Source: Obrimoposthia wandeli
Taxonomy: Eukaryota
Direction of reading: 5' to 3'
Length of the DNA: 64,000 nucleotides
NCBI GenBank assembly: GCA_977020255.1
Contig: CDROCS010002027.1
Span: 186,001-250,000, forward strand
The notes under the pieces were generated by a model. That model saw nothing but the letters and a program-made list of their open reading frames with translations. It was not told where the DNA came from and did not search any database. This document shows positions 40,716 to 50,483 of this stretch, piece after piece (the first letter of the stretch is position 1; each line of letters begins with the position of its first letter). The translations under genes and the position numbers were made by a program.

Positions 40716-41360
40716 ATGTCTACTCACACACATTTTAAACGCACTGTTATCGGTTCAGTGGGAATATTTACGTCTGCATTTTGTTTAGCGAATTCAGATT
40801 CTAATCAAACTTCAGTCCAACACGATGCACACCAACATGGTCAAATTGTTCTCAACGTTGTACAAGAAGCGCAGAATCTACAAATAGAGTTAGAGGCCCC
40901 AGGTGCCGATGTTGTTGGGTTTGAAACACTTAATGGCGATGAACAGCAAAAACAACTACTCGCTGAGGCAATAAAGACACTCAATCAATCTACAAAACTA
41001 TTTGCCTTAAGCAGTGCTGCTAATTGCCAATTACAAACATCAAGTGTTTCACATAATTTTGAGCAACATATAGATGAAGCTCATGATGAACATGAAGAGC
41101 ATGAAGAACATGAAGAGCATGAAGAGCATGAAGAGCATGAAGAGCATGAAGAGCATGAAGAGCATGAAGAGTATTCTGAACACGGTAGCTTTAGTGCGCA
41201 ATACCTTTTTCAATGCACTAACATTGAAAAACTGAAGAGTATAAAGACTCAATGGTTTAACCTTTTCTCAGCGAGCGAATCCATCAAGGTTCAGCAACTT
41301 ACTGATAAAGGTCAAAGTATCAATCTTTTAGATCGCAACAACCCTGAAATAAAATTTTAA
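40716..41360 (+). CDS. zrgA: Zinc-binding periplasmic protein, DUF2796/ZrgA type
   Basis: HDAHQHG, ELEAPGADVVGFE, His/Glu repeat, YLFQC. Confidence 0.85.
   Translation: MSTHTHFKRTVIGSVGIFTSAFCLANSDSNQTSVQHDAHQHGQIVLNVVQEAQNLQIELEAPGADVVGFETLNGDEQQKQLLAEAIKTLNQSTKLFALSSAANCQLQTSSVSHNFEQHIDEAHDEHEEHEEHEEHEEHEEHEEHEEHEEHEEYSEHGSFSAQYLFQCTNIEKLKSIKTQWFNLFSASESIKVQQLTDKGQSINLLDRNNPEIKF
41082..41171 (+). repeat. In-frame 9-bp tandem repeat (CATGAAGAG)x10 encoding HDE(HEE)9
   Basis: 10 units, 8 of them identical CATGAAGAG. Confidence 0.95.
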
Positions 41361-41415
41361 TCACGATCTAAATAGACTAAAAGGAGAGGGAGCAAAACTT
41401 GCTCCTTTATATACG

Positions 41416-42117
41416 ATGAACATCATTGAATTAAACAACTTAGTGTATCGGTGGCCGGGCAGCAAACAGAGCTGCTTAGAGCTAGAACACTTTTCACTTA
41501 AGCAAGGTGAGAAGCTATTTATTAGCGGCGCTAGCGGTAGCGGAAAATCTACTCTACTCGGTTTGCTAGCAGGTATTCTAACACCTAGTGAAGGCCGTTT
41601 GAACATATTACAAACAGAATTAAGCGAGTTGAAAAGCGTCGCCAGGGATAAATTCAGAGCGGATCACATCGGTTATATTTTCCAGCAGTTCAATCTAATC
41701 CCCTATCTTAGCGTAATCGAAAATGTACTCTTGCCCTGTCATTTTTCTAAGCAGCGACACAGACAAATAAAGCAGGATCCACAAGCACAAGCAAGTGATT
41801 TGTTATTGCAATTGCGCTTACCTAAAGACTGTTTAGATAAACCTGTCACACAGCTTAGTATCGGACAGCAACAACGAGTCGCAGCTGCCCGCGCACTGAT
41901 TGGCAACCCTGAATTAGTCATAGCGGATGAACCAACATCTGCCCTTGATAGCCAAAGCCGCAATGCCTTTATCGAACTATTGATGGAACAGTGTGACCGC
42001 ACGGGAGCCAGCTTATTGTTTGTCTCCCATGATCAGCAGCTACAAAGCCATTTTGATCGCCACCTAGCACTATCAACCCTTAATAACGTTGCGCAGAACC
42101 CTGATGAATATATATAA
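41416..42117 (+). CDS. ABC ATP-binding protein (Zrg cluster)
   Basis: GASGSGKST, LSIGQQQRVAAARAL, DEPTSALD. Confidence 0.93.
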   Translation: MNIIELNNLVYRWPGSKQSCLELEHFSLKQGEKLFISGASGSGKSTLLGLLAGILTPSEGRLNILQTELSELKSVARDKFRADHIGYIFQQFNLIPYLSVIENVLLPCHFSKQRHRQIKQDPQAQASDLLLQLRLPKDCLDKPVTQLSIGQQQRVAAARALIGNPELVIADEPTSALDSQSRNAFIELLMEQCDRTGASLLFVSHDQQLQSHFDRHLALSTLNNVAQNPDEYI

Positions 42118-43345
42118 ACTCAGTTATAAAAGCGTCATGAACCGTCGCACAACTGCAATGCTAACCGTATTCACCGTCGCTATTTCAGTGCTTTTACTAT
42201 TAGCTGTTGAGCGGGTCCGTGTGCAGGCAAAGCAGAGTTTTGCCAATACCATTTCCAATACTGACCTTATCGTAGGCGCACGCTCAGGACAAATTAACCT
42301 GTTACTTTACTCGGTGTTTCGTATTGGTAATCCAACCAATAATATAGACTGGAAAAGTTATCAGCAGGTACTAAAAGACCCGTCAGTTCGCTGGTCAATT
42401 CCTATATCACTCGGTGATTCACACCGCGGTTTTCGTGTAATAGGTACTAATCAAGACTTTTTTAAACACTATCAATACGGTCGCAAACAGCCTTTGGTGT
42501 TTAACAAAGGAAAGGCGTTTGAAGGCCTTTATGAAACAGTGATCGGTGCGCAAGTTGCTAAAGAACTAGGCTATACAATCGGCAGTGAAATAATTATTGC
42601 CCATGGCATCAGCGACAAAAAATTTAATCGTCACAAAAACTCGCCTTTTATTGTCACTGGAATATTAGCGCCAACTGGGACTCCTGTTGACAAAAGTGTA
42701 CATGTTTCACTTTTTGCGATTGAAGCTATCCATGCCGGTGGTAACCACAGCGCCAATACGGACAATAAAACGCTACACAAGCAGTTTCAGCCCAAGCAAA
42801 TTACCGCTTTCATGCTGGGGCTAAACTCCAGAGTACAGAGCTTTTCATTGCAGAGAAAAATAAACACTTATCGAAACGAGCCTCTTAGTGCCATTATGCC
42901 AGGTATCGCCTTACACGAACTGTGGGGGATTATGTCGATCGCAGAAAAGGCACTACAAGGCGTTTCCATCTTTGTACTGATTGCTGCAATGTTAGCAATG
43001 CTCGGTAACTTATTGAGTAGTTTACAAGAAAGGCGCCGTGAAATGGCCATATTAAGGGCGATGGGTGCACGACCACAACACGTCTTTGCCCTATTGGTAA
43101 GTGAAGCAAGCTTACTGACCAGCTTAGGTATTGTTTTAGGTGTTAATCTACTATACCTACTTATTGGCGCAATGGGCCCGCTACTGACTGCGCAATACGG
43201 ACTTAGCCTTGAAATGAGCCTATTGAGCCAAACAGAATGGCTACTGATTGCTTTAGTTCAAATATCGGGGATTATTATTGGCTTCATTCCCGCCATTAAC
43301 GCCTATCGCAACTCACTTGTTGATGGCATGACTATTAGAATATAG
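42104..43345 (+). CDS. MacB/FtsX-type ABC permease (Zrg cluster); ATG at 42104
   Basis: DLIVGARSG, ISLGDSHRG, ERRREMAILRAMGA. Confidence 0.9.
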   Translation: MNIYKLSYKSVMNRRTTAMLTVFTVAISVLLLLAVERVRVQAKQSFANTISNTDLIVGARSGQINLLLYSVFRIGNPTNNIDWKSYQQVLKDPSVRWSIPISLGDSHRGFRVIGTNQDFFKHYQYGRKQPLVFNKGKAFEGLYETVIGAQVAKELGYTIGSEIIIAHGISDKKFNRHKNSPFIVTGILAPTGTPVDKSVHVSLFAIEAIHAGGNHSANTDNKTLHKQFQPKQITAFMLGLNSRVQSFSLQRKINTYRNEPLSAIMPGIALHELWGIMSIAEKALQGVSIFVLIAAMLAMLGNLLSSLQERRREMAILRAMGARPQHVFALLVSEASLLTSLGIVLGVNLLYLLIGAMGPLLTAQYGLSLEMSLLSQTEWLLIALVQISGIIIGFIPAINAYRNSLVDGMTIRI

Positions 43346-43352
43346 GACTTAT

Positions 43353-43841
43353 ATGAAAAAAATAATCACACTGGCACTTAGCCTATTAATTTGCTTACCT
43401 CTTTACGCTCAAGAAACAGAACTGAACTGGGAAGATCTAATACCCGTCAATGAAAAAAATATTATGCAGGCCTGGATGGCCAAACAGAGTAGCATACAGG
43501 CTGACCAATTCAGCGAAGAAGAACCGCCACAACAAGGTACTGTACGTACCGATCTGAATGGGCAAGTCATAAAAATAGCGGGGTTTATCATCCCTTTAGA
43601 AGGAGATGAAGAACTAATCACTGAACTGTTACTTGTCCCTTACTTCGGTGCTTGTTTTCACGTGCCACCTCCCCCTGAAAATCAAATAATTTACGTAAAA
43701 TTTGCTGATGGCGTGCCCTTAAAAAAACTTTGGGACGTGGTTTACGTAGTTGGTAAATTACACGCTGAAAACATTTCTCTTGATATAGCGCAGGTGGGCT
43801 ACAGTATGGAAGGGATTAGAACAGAGCAATACAGCGAGTAA
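43353..43841 (+). CDS. DUF3299 family protein (Zrg cluster)
   Basis: ELNWEDLIP, LLVPYFGACFHVPPPPENQII. Confidence 0.9.
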   Translation: MKKIITLALSLLICLPLYAQETELNWEDLIPVNEKNIMQAWMAKQSSIQADQFSEEEPPQQGTVRTDLNGQVIKIAGFIIPLEGDEELITELLLVPYFGACFHVPPPPENQIIYVKFADGVPLKKLWDVVYVVGKLHAENISLDIAQVGYSMEGIRTEQYSE

Positions 43842-44031
43842 AATATGTAGCGAAGCGGTATGTATTTAGATATCGTTTCACTCTCTACATCATTTATTTC
43901 GCAAGGGGTAGTTTTCAAAAAAAGGCTTATTAATACATTACACACTATAGATAAACGCTACGGGTCGCTGCAACAGAATGTGACACCAATCTCACTACTG
44001 CCTTCTGTGTCGTCATAAGTTTCTTAAATTG

Positions 44032-44212
44032 GCTGATTTACTGATACCTTAAACAGCTTTTCGGACATTTTAAAATCGCTTAAAACACTTAAAATCCAGA
44101 GTAAATACTCATAAATCTACTATGCTAAGCCTAAAACGTTTATCTAATTGTAAGAATGTTCGGTATTGGCCAATTTCAGCCATCGGTTAAAATATTCCAA
44201 AAAAGACGGAAA
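44032..44212 (+). pseudogene. Decayed copy of the MCP 3' end (…LKQLFGHFKIA*) plus conserved flank; direct repeat copy 2
   Basis: cttaaacagcttttcggacattttaaaatcgcttaa vs cttaagcagcttgtcgggtattttaaggtcgcataa at the real MCP end; 1-nt deletions upstream. Confidence 0.75.
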
Positions 44213-44443
44213 AAAAAAGCGGACCTTTAAGGGACTGATTAATTTTCTATCAAATAATTCATGCCTACCCATCGATAGATATCAGAATTAAAAAAACTAT
44301 TATTCCATCACTTTGTTGAGAAAAGTAGCAAAAATCCCTTCACTTTTTGCATGGTAAGCTGGCAGAATTCTCAGTTAATTAATTACTATTATGTCTTAAT
44401 CATAGACTAGTTTTTGTTGATAAAAAATATAACGAACCATACA

Positions 44444-45412
44444 TCAATATTTAGCAATATTCTTTAAAGTGGGACTGGCGATGTCATGCATCACGCTCCC
44501 GAGCCAAGAAATATAATCCCATACTTGCGTTGTAGGCATTTTTTTATCGGGCAAAACAAATTGGAAAATTCTTTCACAAGGCAAGCTGTTCTCAAATGGC
44601 GCAATTAATAGACCATCTCGAATTGCCTGGTTAACGTATAGGTCTCGTATGATAGCAACTCCCTTTCCCGAAATAGCACTTTTAAGAATTAAATCCGCAT
44701 TATTAAAACACAGTTGCTGAGCAAGAGGCCCCTTCAAATAAGGAGCGTGAGCAGTAATGTATTTCTGCCAATAAGATGTATCTTGTTCATGAATCAGTTG
44801 CATGTTTTGCAATAGGGCTGGAGAAATAGCAGAGGTATTTTTCGCATTAGCTATGTGTTTCGCTAAATAGTCAGGAGAGCAAACAACTTGCATTTGCTCG
44901 TTAGGAACGGGAATCAATGGGTTTGATTTGGTGATAGCGCTACCGATCTCTAATTGAGGTAATAATCTCAGTGTGACATCAATACCTTCACTAGCGAAAT
45001 CTGTATAGCGGTTTGATGCATTTAATTTGATATTCACTTGCGGATACTGTTCGCAAAAATCATCTATTACAGAAATTAACACGATCGACGCGAAAGATGT
45101 GGCAACCCCGATTGAAAGGTTTTTTTGCTGGCTGGCTTGACTGAGGTAAAGTGCTAAATTATCTATGCTTGAGGTGATAGTAGATATTTGTGCATAAATA
45201 TCATGAGCTATTTCTGTTGGTTTAAGCTTTCTGCCCTTCTTGTGAAACAGCTTTATATGCCAACGCGACTCTAATTGCTTGATATGATAAGAAACAGTAG
45301 GTTGCGAAACATTTAGCTCTAAAGCAGCTGAGGATACGGAACCTAATCTTGAGACAGTTTCCAAAGCGCGAATTTCAGGTAAGGTTGGTACATAATGTTG
45401 TGGTGTTTTCAT
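44444..45412 (-). CDS. LysR family regulator (GcvA-like)
   Basis: LPEIRALETVSRLGSVSSAALELNVSQPTVSYHIKQLE. Confidence 0.92.
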   Translation of the reverse strand: MKTPQHYVPTLPEIRALETVSRLGSVSSAALELNVSQPTVSYHIKQLESRWHIKLFHKKGRKLKPTEIAHDIYAQISTITSSIDNLALYLSQASQQKNLSIGVATSFASIVLISVIDDFCEQYPQVNIKLNASNRYTDFASEGIDVTLRLLPQLEIGSAITKSNPLIPVPNEQMQVVCSPDYLAKHIANAKNTSAISPALLQNMQLIHEQDTSYWQKYITAHAPYLKGPLAQQLCFNNADLILKSAISGKGVAIIRDLYVNQAIRDGLLIAPFENSLPCERIFQFVLPDKKMPTTQVWDYISWLGSVMHDIASPTLKNIAKY

Positions 45413-45420
45413 TTCTAAAG

Positions 45421-45437
45421 CATAGAGTTTTTCTATG
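45421..45437. promoter_or_regulatory. LysR T-N11-A box
   Basis: CATAG-agttttt-CTATG just upstream of the LysR ATG in the divergent promoter. Confidence 0.6.
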
Positions 45438-45546
45438 TATAGATCAATATAACTGATTTGTTTTTATTATCTGCTATATCTAGAATAATTGAAAAGAACT
45501 TGATCACTGTTTGGAATTAAGCTCTTAATCTTGTGGAGATTGGATA

Positions 45547-46377
45547 ATGAAAACAATAATTAAAAAAGCCTTTTTAAGTACCGCACTCATTATAACTAGT
45601 TTAAGTGGCACTAGTTACGCTGGTGATATATTAGATACGGTTAATAAAAGTAAGATGCTAACAGTCGCAACCAACTCTGATTATCGTCCTAATTCTTTTA
45701 TGGGAGATAACAATCAGTTAGAAGGTTTTGATATAGATGTTTCCAAAGAGGTAGCAAAGCGCTTAGGAGTAAACGTTAAATTTGTCACACCTGGTTGGGA
45801 AATAATGACAGCAGGACGTTGGGTAGGTCGCTGGCACATGGCCGTTGGATCAATGACACCCACTAAAAAGCGTGCACAAATTTTAGATTTCCCAGCTGTA
45901 TATTACTTTACTCCCGCTGGTGTCGCCGTGCATAAGGATGCAACCTCTAAAAAAATATCCGATTTGACCGGCAAAAAATTTGGAGTAGTATCCACTTCTA
46001 CCTATCATCGTTATCTTGAAAAAAACCTGCAGATTGATGCAGTGGGTACACCACCATTTGAATATCAAATCACACCAGGTGAGATACGCTTATACGGCGA
46101 TATTAATGAGTTTGATGATTTATCTCTTGGAGAAGGCGTACGTTTAGATGCTGTTGTGCAATCAATACCTGTTATCAAACAAGCAATAGCTAAAGGCCTG
46201 CCTGTTAGGTTATTAGGTGCCCCGATTTTTTATGAACCCCTAGCGATTGCGATCGATAAGGGAGATAAAGAGTTTGGTGAAAAAATTGCTAACGTGGTGG
46301 CTGATATGAAAAGCGATGGGACTCTTGCCAGCTTATCTTTGAAATGGCACGGTGCTGATTACGTCACCTTGAAATAG
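45547..46377 (+). CDS. Polar amino-acid ABC substrate-binding protein (family 3)
   Basis: Signal peptide, GFDIDV..EVAKRLGV, SMTPT.KR, IAIDKG. Confidence 0.92.
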   Translation: MKTIIKKAFLSTALIITSLSGTSYAGDILDTVNKSKMLTVATNSDYRPNSFMGDNNQLEGFDIDVSKEVAKRLGVNVKFVTPGWEIMTAGRWVGRWHMAVGSMTPTKKRAQILDFPAVYYFTPAGVAVHKDATSKKISDLTGKKFGVVSTSTYHRYLEKNLQIDAVGTPPFEYQITPGEIRLYGDINEFDDLSLGEGVRLDAVVQSIPVIKQAIAKGLPVRLLGAPIFYEPLAIAIDKGDKEFGEKIANVVADMKSDGTLASLSLKWHGADYVTLK

Positions 46378-46427
46378 ACACCTATGTAGCTTGGGTTATT
46401 CATGACTCTTACTTAAAGTATCTAAAT

Positions 46428-46457
46428 GCGCTTAGTATTGTGTGCAATACTAAGCGC
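46428..46457. terminator. Perfect 13-bp hairpin after the SBP gene
   Basis: GCGCTTAGTATTG-tgtg-CAATACTAAGCGC. Confidence 0.65.
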
Positions 46458-46695
46458 TTGTCGAATTCAACAATAGTCTATTACAGAACATTAAAACCTT
46501 ACCGTAGTTTCGTACTAAAAATCAGCTGTTTTTCATCAGGGCCGATAACGCTCGACTAGAATTTTTGATTGTACGATAGCTGCTTAAAAGTATCGCAAGC
46601 TGTTACTTCATCTAACAGTATCTATATCTTGCAGCTTAATGGGCTACACATTTTTGCTTACGGCTAAAACTGTCCTTTTAATAATATAGGCTCAT

Positions 46696-47673
46696 ATGAA
46701 TCATTCAATTTTAAATATTTCTATTAATAAAGGGCCTGCTCGCGTTAAGGCTGCACTCGTCATTGCTGGGCTTGCTTTTATGGTAGCACTCGTTGTTTCA
46801 GCAAACACTAGCCATTTTGGCGAGTTATTGCTTGTCGCTATGAGTAAAGAAACTTTAGATGGCACCTGGGGTCTTTTCTCCAGCGCATTGGTGATTTTTA
46901 TAATAGTGGGCTGCCTATCTTATGGATTGCTCGGCTTACCTGATAGGCTACAAGCTTGGATTGTGTGGGGTTTACTGGCATCAGGGGCGTTACTTACATT
47001 TTATTCTTTTGATTTGAGCTTTAGTTTTATTAGTAGCAAAATTCCTTTTCTGCTATCTCAAGGCGCTGTTACCACTATTTATGTTTCGGTAATCTCGATT
47101 GCTCTTGCCTTTTTCTTTGCTATGTTAGGCGCAACGGCTAAGTTATCAGGAGTGTCGGTATTAAAAGGCATTGGTGATTTTTATACTTCGTATTTTCGTG
47201 GAGTTCCATTACTAGTACAGCTTTTTCTGATTTATTTAGGCTTGCCACAGCTAGGCATAATCGTCTCTCCAATTCCGGCGGCTATTATCGCACTTTCCTT
47301 AGTTTATGGTGCATACATGACAGAAATTTTTCGTTCTGGTATTCAGTCAATTGCAGTAGGTCAGTGGGAAGCTGCCGATGCACTAGGGTTAGCTCGGTTA
47401 CGTACTTTCCAAAAAATAATTTTGCCACAAGCGATGCGATTGATCGTTCCACCAACAGGAAATCAGTTTATAGCGATGTTGAAAGATTCGTCCCTAGTGT
47501 CTGTCGTAGGGGTATGGGACATCATGTTTATAGCGCGAACGCAAGGTAGAGCAGATTTTAAAATACTTGAGATGCTAATCACAGCTTCAATAGTCTATTG
47601 GCTGATGTCTATCGTACTGGAACTTTTACAACAGAGAATAGAAAAGTACTATTCCAAATCTATACAACACTAA
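46696..47673 (+). CDS. Amino-acid ABC permease (HisM/Q type) with N-terminal extension
   Basis: FRGVPLLVQLF, AYMTEIFRSGIQS...GQWEAA.ALG, LKDSSL. Confidence 0.92.
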   Translation: MNHSILNISINKGPARVKAALVIAGLAFMVALVVSANTSHFGELLLVAMSKETLDGTWGLFSSALVIFIIVGCLSYGLLGLPDRLQAWIVWGLLASGALLTFYSFDLSFSFISSKIPFLLSQGAVTTIYVSVISIALAFFFAMLGATAKLSGVSVLKGIGDFYTSYFRGVPLLVQLFLIYLGLPQLGIIVSPIPAAIIALSLVYGAYMTEIFRSGIQSIAVGQWEAADALGLARLRTFQKIILPQAMRLIVPPTGNQFIAMLKDSSLVSVVGVWDIMFIARTQGRADFKILEMLITASIVYWLMSIVLELLQQRIEKYYSKSIQH

Positions 47674-47754
47674 TGAGAGCAATAAAAATTCAATAGCCTG
47701 CTAATGGCTGTGTAATTGAGTCCATCTTTATATGATAATTCCAGGATAATTGAA

Positions 47755-48549
47755 ATGACCATCAATATCTCAAGCCTTGCTAAGGCTAATAACCCAAAGA
47801 CTCCATTAGTAGGAGTTTTGGCTAATACCGACAACTCTCAAGAACTTAAGGCGCAAACGGTAGATAACAAATATTTAATTGCTGCTATTAATGGTGCAGG
47901 TGCGACTCCTATCATTATCCCCACTATCTTGAGTCAGACCCATCTCTGTCGATTGTTTGATTTAGTCGATGGTATTATTTTAACCGGTGATTCATCGAAC
48001 ATCGACCCGCAATTATATGGTGTAACAGGCGACCTAGATTCACATGGCCCTTTTGATGAGTCCCGTGATGCATCCGCAATGTGGCTGATTAATAAAGCAT
48101 TAAATGATGACATCCCGATACTTGGCATCTGCAGAGGAATGCAGGAAATGAATGTGGCTTTAGGGGGTACAATACAAACAGGCATAATAGAAAAAGAATC
48201 TTATAGCCTGCATCAAAAAATTGACTACGAATTGAGCGTTGATCAACGCTATGCTCACTCTCATAGTACGCAGTTAAGTGAAAATGGCTTACTGAAAAAA
48301 TTGTTAGATGTCGATAGCATCTTAGTTAATTCGCTTCATGAACAGGCGGTTGACAAATTAGGTAAAGATTTAGTGCTAGACGCTCATTCCGAAGATAATG
48401 TAATAGAGGCTTTTCATCATCCTGATAAACGCTTTTTCTTAGGGGTTCAGTGGCATGTTGAATATGCACTTGAAGAGAATCCAGTTTCCATCGCCATTTT
48501 AAAAGCGTTTACCGAGAGTTTATGCTCAGCACAAACCCAGTCGACTTAA
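47755..48549 (+). CDS. Peptidase C26 / PuuD-like gamma-glutamyl-gamma-aminobutyrate hydrolase
   Basis: DGIILTG, PILGICRGMQE.NVALGG, VNSLHEQ, GVQWH.E. Confidence 0.88.
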   Translation: MTINISSLAKANNPKTPLVGVLANTDNSQELKAQTVDNKYLIAAINGAGATPIIIPTILSQTHLCRLFDLVDGIILTGDSSNIDPQLYGVTGDLDSHGPFDESRDASAMWLINKALNDDIPILGICRGMQEMNVALGGTIQTGIIEKESYSLHQKIDYELSVDQRYAHSHSTQLSENGLLKKLLDVDSILVNSLHEQAVDKLGKDLVLDAHSEDNVIEAFHHPDKRFFLGVQWHVEYALEENPVSIAILKAFTESLCSAQTQST

Positions 48550-48708
48550 ATATATTTTTTGAAAGAGGTATTTGACTAAATTGAACGTAGTTGATCTACA
48601 ACGCTTTGCAAGTAGCGTTAGATGGTTGCGATAACTAATTACAATATTTTAAAGACACAACTTTTTCTATTTAAATACAGTGCATTAAAAACCTTATAAT
48701 ACCTTAGG

Positions 48709-49791
48709 TTATTGACTATATAAAACCGCGACTCCTCTATTTTCTTTCGCCTTGTACAATGCTTTATCGGCCTTAGTAAGTAACCCATCAGCATGTATGT
48801 CCTGTTGAGGAAAGAGGCTAATACCAATACTTATACCAATCGAAACTTGTTGTTGTTTTATCTCGTAGGGCATTGAAATATATTTAATCAACTTTTCAGC
48901 GATATCAATAGCTTTTTGAGGTGAAGTAATTCGGTCCAGTAAGGCTACAAATTCATCACCACCGAATCGAGCAACAATATCCTCGTCTCGTAAAAAGCTT
49001 TGCATTCTGCTTGCTACTTGAGCTAACAGCATGTCACCATAGCGATGTCCAAGATTATCATTTATTACTTTAAAGTAGTCTAAATCAATAAACAAGATAG
49101 CAAACAATCTCTGCTTGCGCTGTGTATCAATAAGAGTTTCATCCAATTTTTCCATGAACTGCCTGCGATTTGCCAGACCAGTCAGCTCATCGACATAAGA
49201 CAGCCTATGCAATTTTTCTTCAAGCTTTTTACGAACAATGATGTTAGCCATCGTTTTTGAACAAGTGTTAAGAAAACCTTTCTCTAACTGGCTTTGATGA
49301 TGCCCCTCTTTAACATAAAGATTAAGCACTCCAAGGGTTTGTCCATCGAAAATAATTGGCACATTATAATGACCGTGTGGCTGCATTCCCTCAGGGCGAA
49401 TGTCATGATCTTGGTCAATACAAGAACGAAAAATTAATTTTTGCTCAAGAGCAGCTTTTCCACAAAGACATTCACCAAAATTTATATGCGCACACCTACT
49501 TAGCAGTGATGCTTCTAAATTGTGAAAGGCAATCATTTTTAGACTACTCTCAGTGTCATCCGCCAGAAATACACAACCTTTCTTATCCAATGATAACCAT
49601 GGAATATAAAGTACTAATAATAAAATTTTGTTAATTTGTTCCGTCAGTGAAATAGGCATAAGTGATACGTTCAACATTTCATTTAATGCGTCTTGAATTT
49701 CACTGCGCTGCTTAAGCTCAATCGTTCTCTTTTTAAGTGTTTCTAGCTCTTTCGAAAGCTGTGCATTTTTATTTCTGAGTTTTTTATTCAT
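48709..49791 (-). CDS. GAF-GGDEF diguanylate cyclase
   Basis: GECLCGKAA GAF region, DELTGLANR, ARFGGDEF. Confidence 0.92.
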   Translation of the reverse strand: MNKKLRNKNAQLSKELETLKKRTIELKQRSEIQDALNEMLNVSLMPISLTEQINKILLLVLYIPWLSLDKKGCVFLADDTESSLKMIAFHNLEASLLSRCAHINFGECLCGKAALEQKLIFRSCIDQDHDIRPEGMQPHGHYNVPIIFDGQTLGVLNLYVKEGHHQSQLEKGFLNTCSKTMANIIVRKKLEEKLHRLSYVDELTGLANRRQFMEKLDETLIDTQRKQRLFAILFIDLDYFKVINDNLGHRYGDMLLAQVASRMQSFLRDEDIVARFGGDEFVALLDRITSPQKAIDIAEKLIKYISMPYEIKQQQVSIGISIGISLFPQQDIHADGLLTKADKALYKAKENRGVAVLYSQ

Positions 49792-50153
49792 TCCAAAATA
49801 TTCCTAAAAGGGCACATTATCAAGTTAACTCAATTCTTTGCTACACATTGTGAGTTGTATCAAGATTTATATGATTGTATCGAAAATACCCTACATAACG
49901 ACGCAAAGTTGAGTTCTGGAGGTAATCATGCCGATAAATCCACAAGTTGCTTGTAAACAGATAGTAAGAATAACCATGAAAAATGATGTTAGATACCAGC
50001 GTAACAAAGTCGTCATCGTCTTTCGCTACCATTTGATGTTATACAAAAGCTTTACCCCTACGCCAAGGTGCGACCTAAAAAGCTTAGGATCAGCGGCAAT
50101 CGCCAGCACTATTTGTGAAGCTGCTTGCAATAACAGGCAGTACATCAGCGTTT

Positions 50154-50174
50154 TTGATAATTGATAATTGATAA
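50154..50174. repeat. (TTGATAA)3 heptamer tandem repeat
   Basis: ttgataattgataattgataa. Confidence 0.7.
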
Positions 50175-50483
50175 TTGGTTGTATTACTCAGAGACTATAT
50201 AAGGATATACACCAGATGGTGGTAATCGTTACATCATTAGGGCTTAACCCTTAATAGTAATAATTGTAAATAGCCTGCATGAGGCCTTCACCCACTCGAC
50301 AGAAAACCTTTAATTCGGCGCATTAAATTATACATATAGTGCTTATTTGAGGTTAAAATACCGCGCAATCTGCATGCTAGAGTTATTGATCTTTCGGCGA
50401 ATATCAGTATTGTCACTAATACTCGACAGCATCTAAACACAAATAGGCTGTGTTCATAACATACCTAAATTATCCTATCTGGA

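Noticed and set aside
41049-41252. Antisense ORF with (MLF)n repeats
   Set aside because: It is the reverse complement of the HEE repeat in zrgA.
49841-50164. Small ORFs 49841-50032 and 49928-50164
   Set aside because: Overlapping, no motifs. A hydrophobic fragment in another minus frame hints at a decayed gene, but I cannot assign it.
50154-50174. GATAAT-containing repeat as a Fur box
   Set aside because: The period is 7 bp in direct orientation, not the 6-bp/inverted Fur arrangement.
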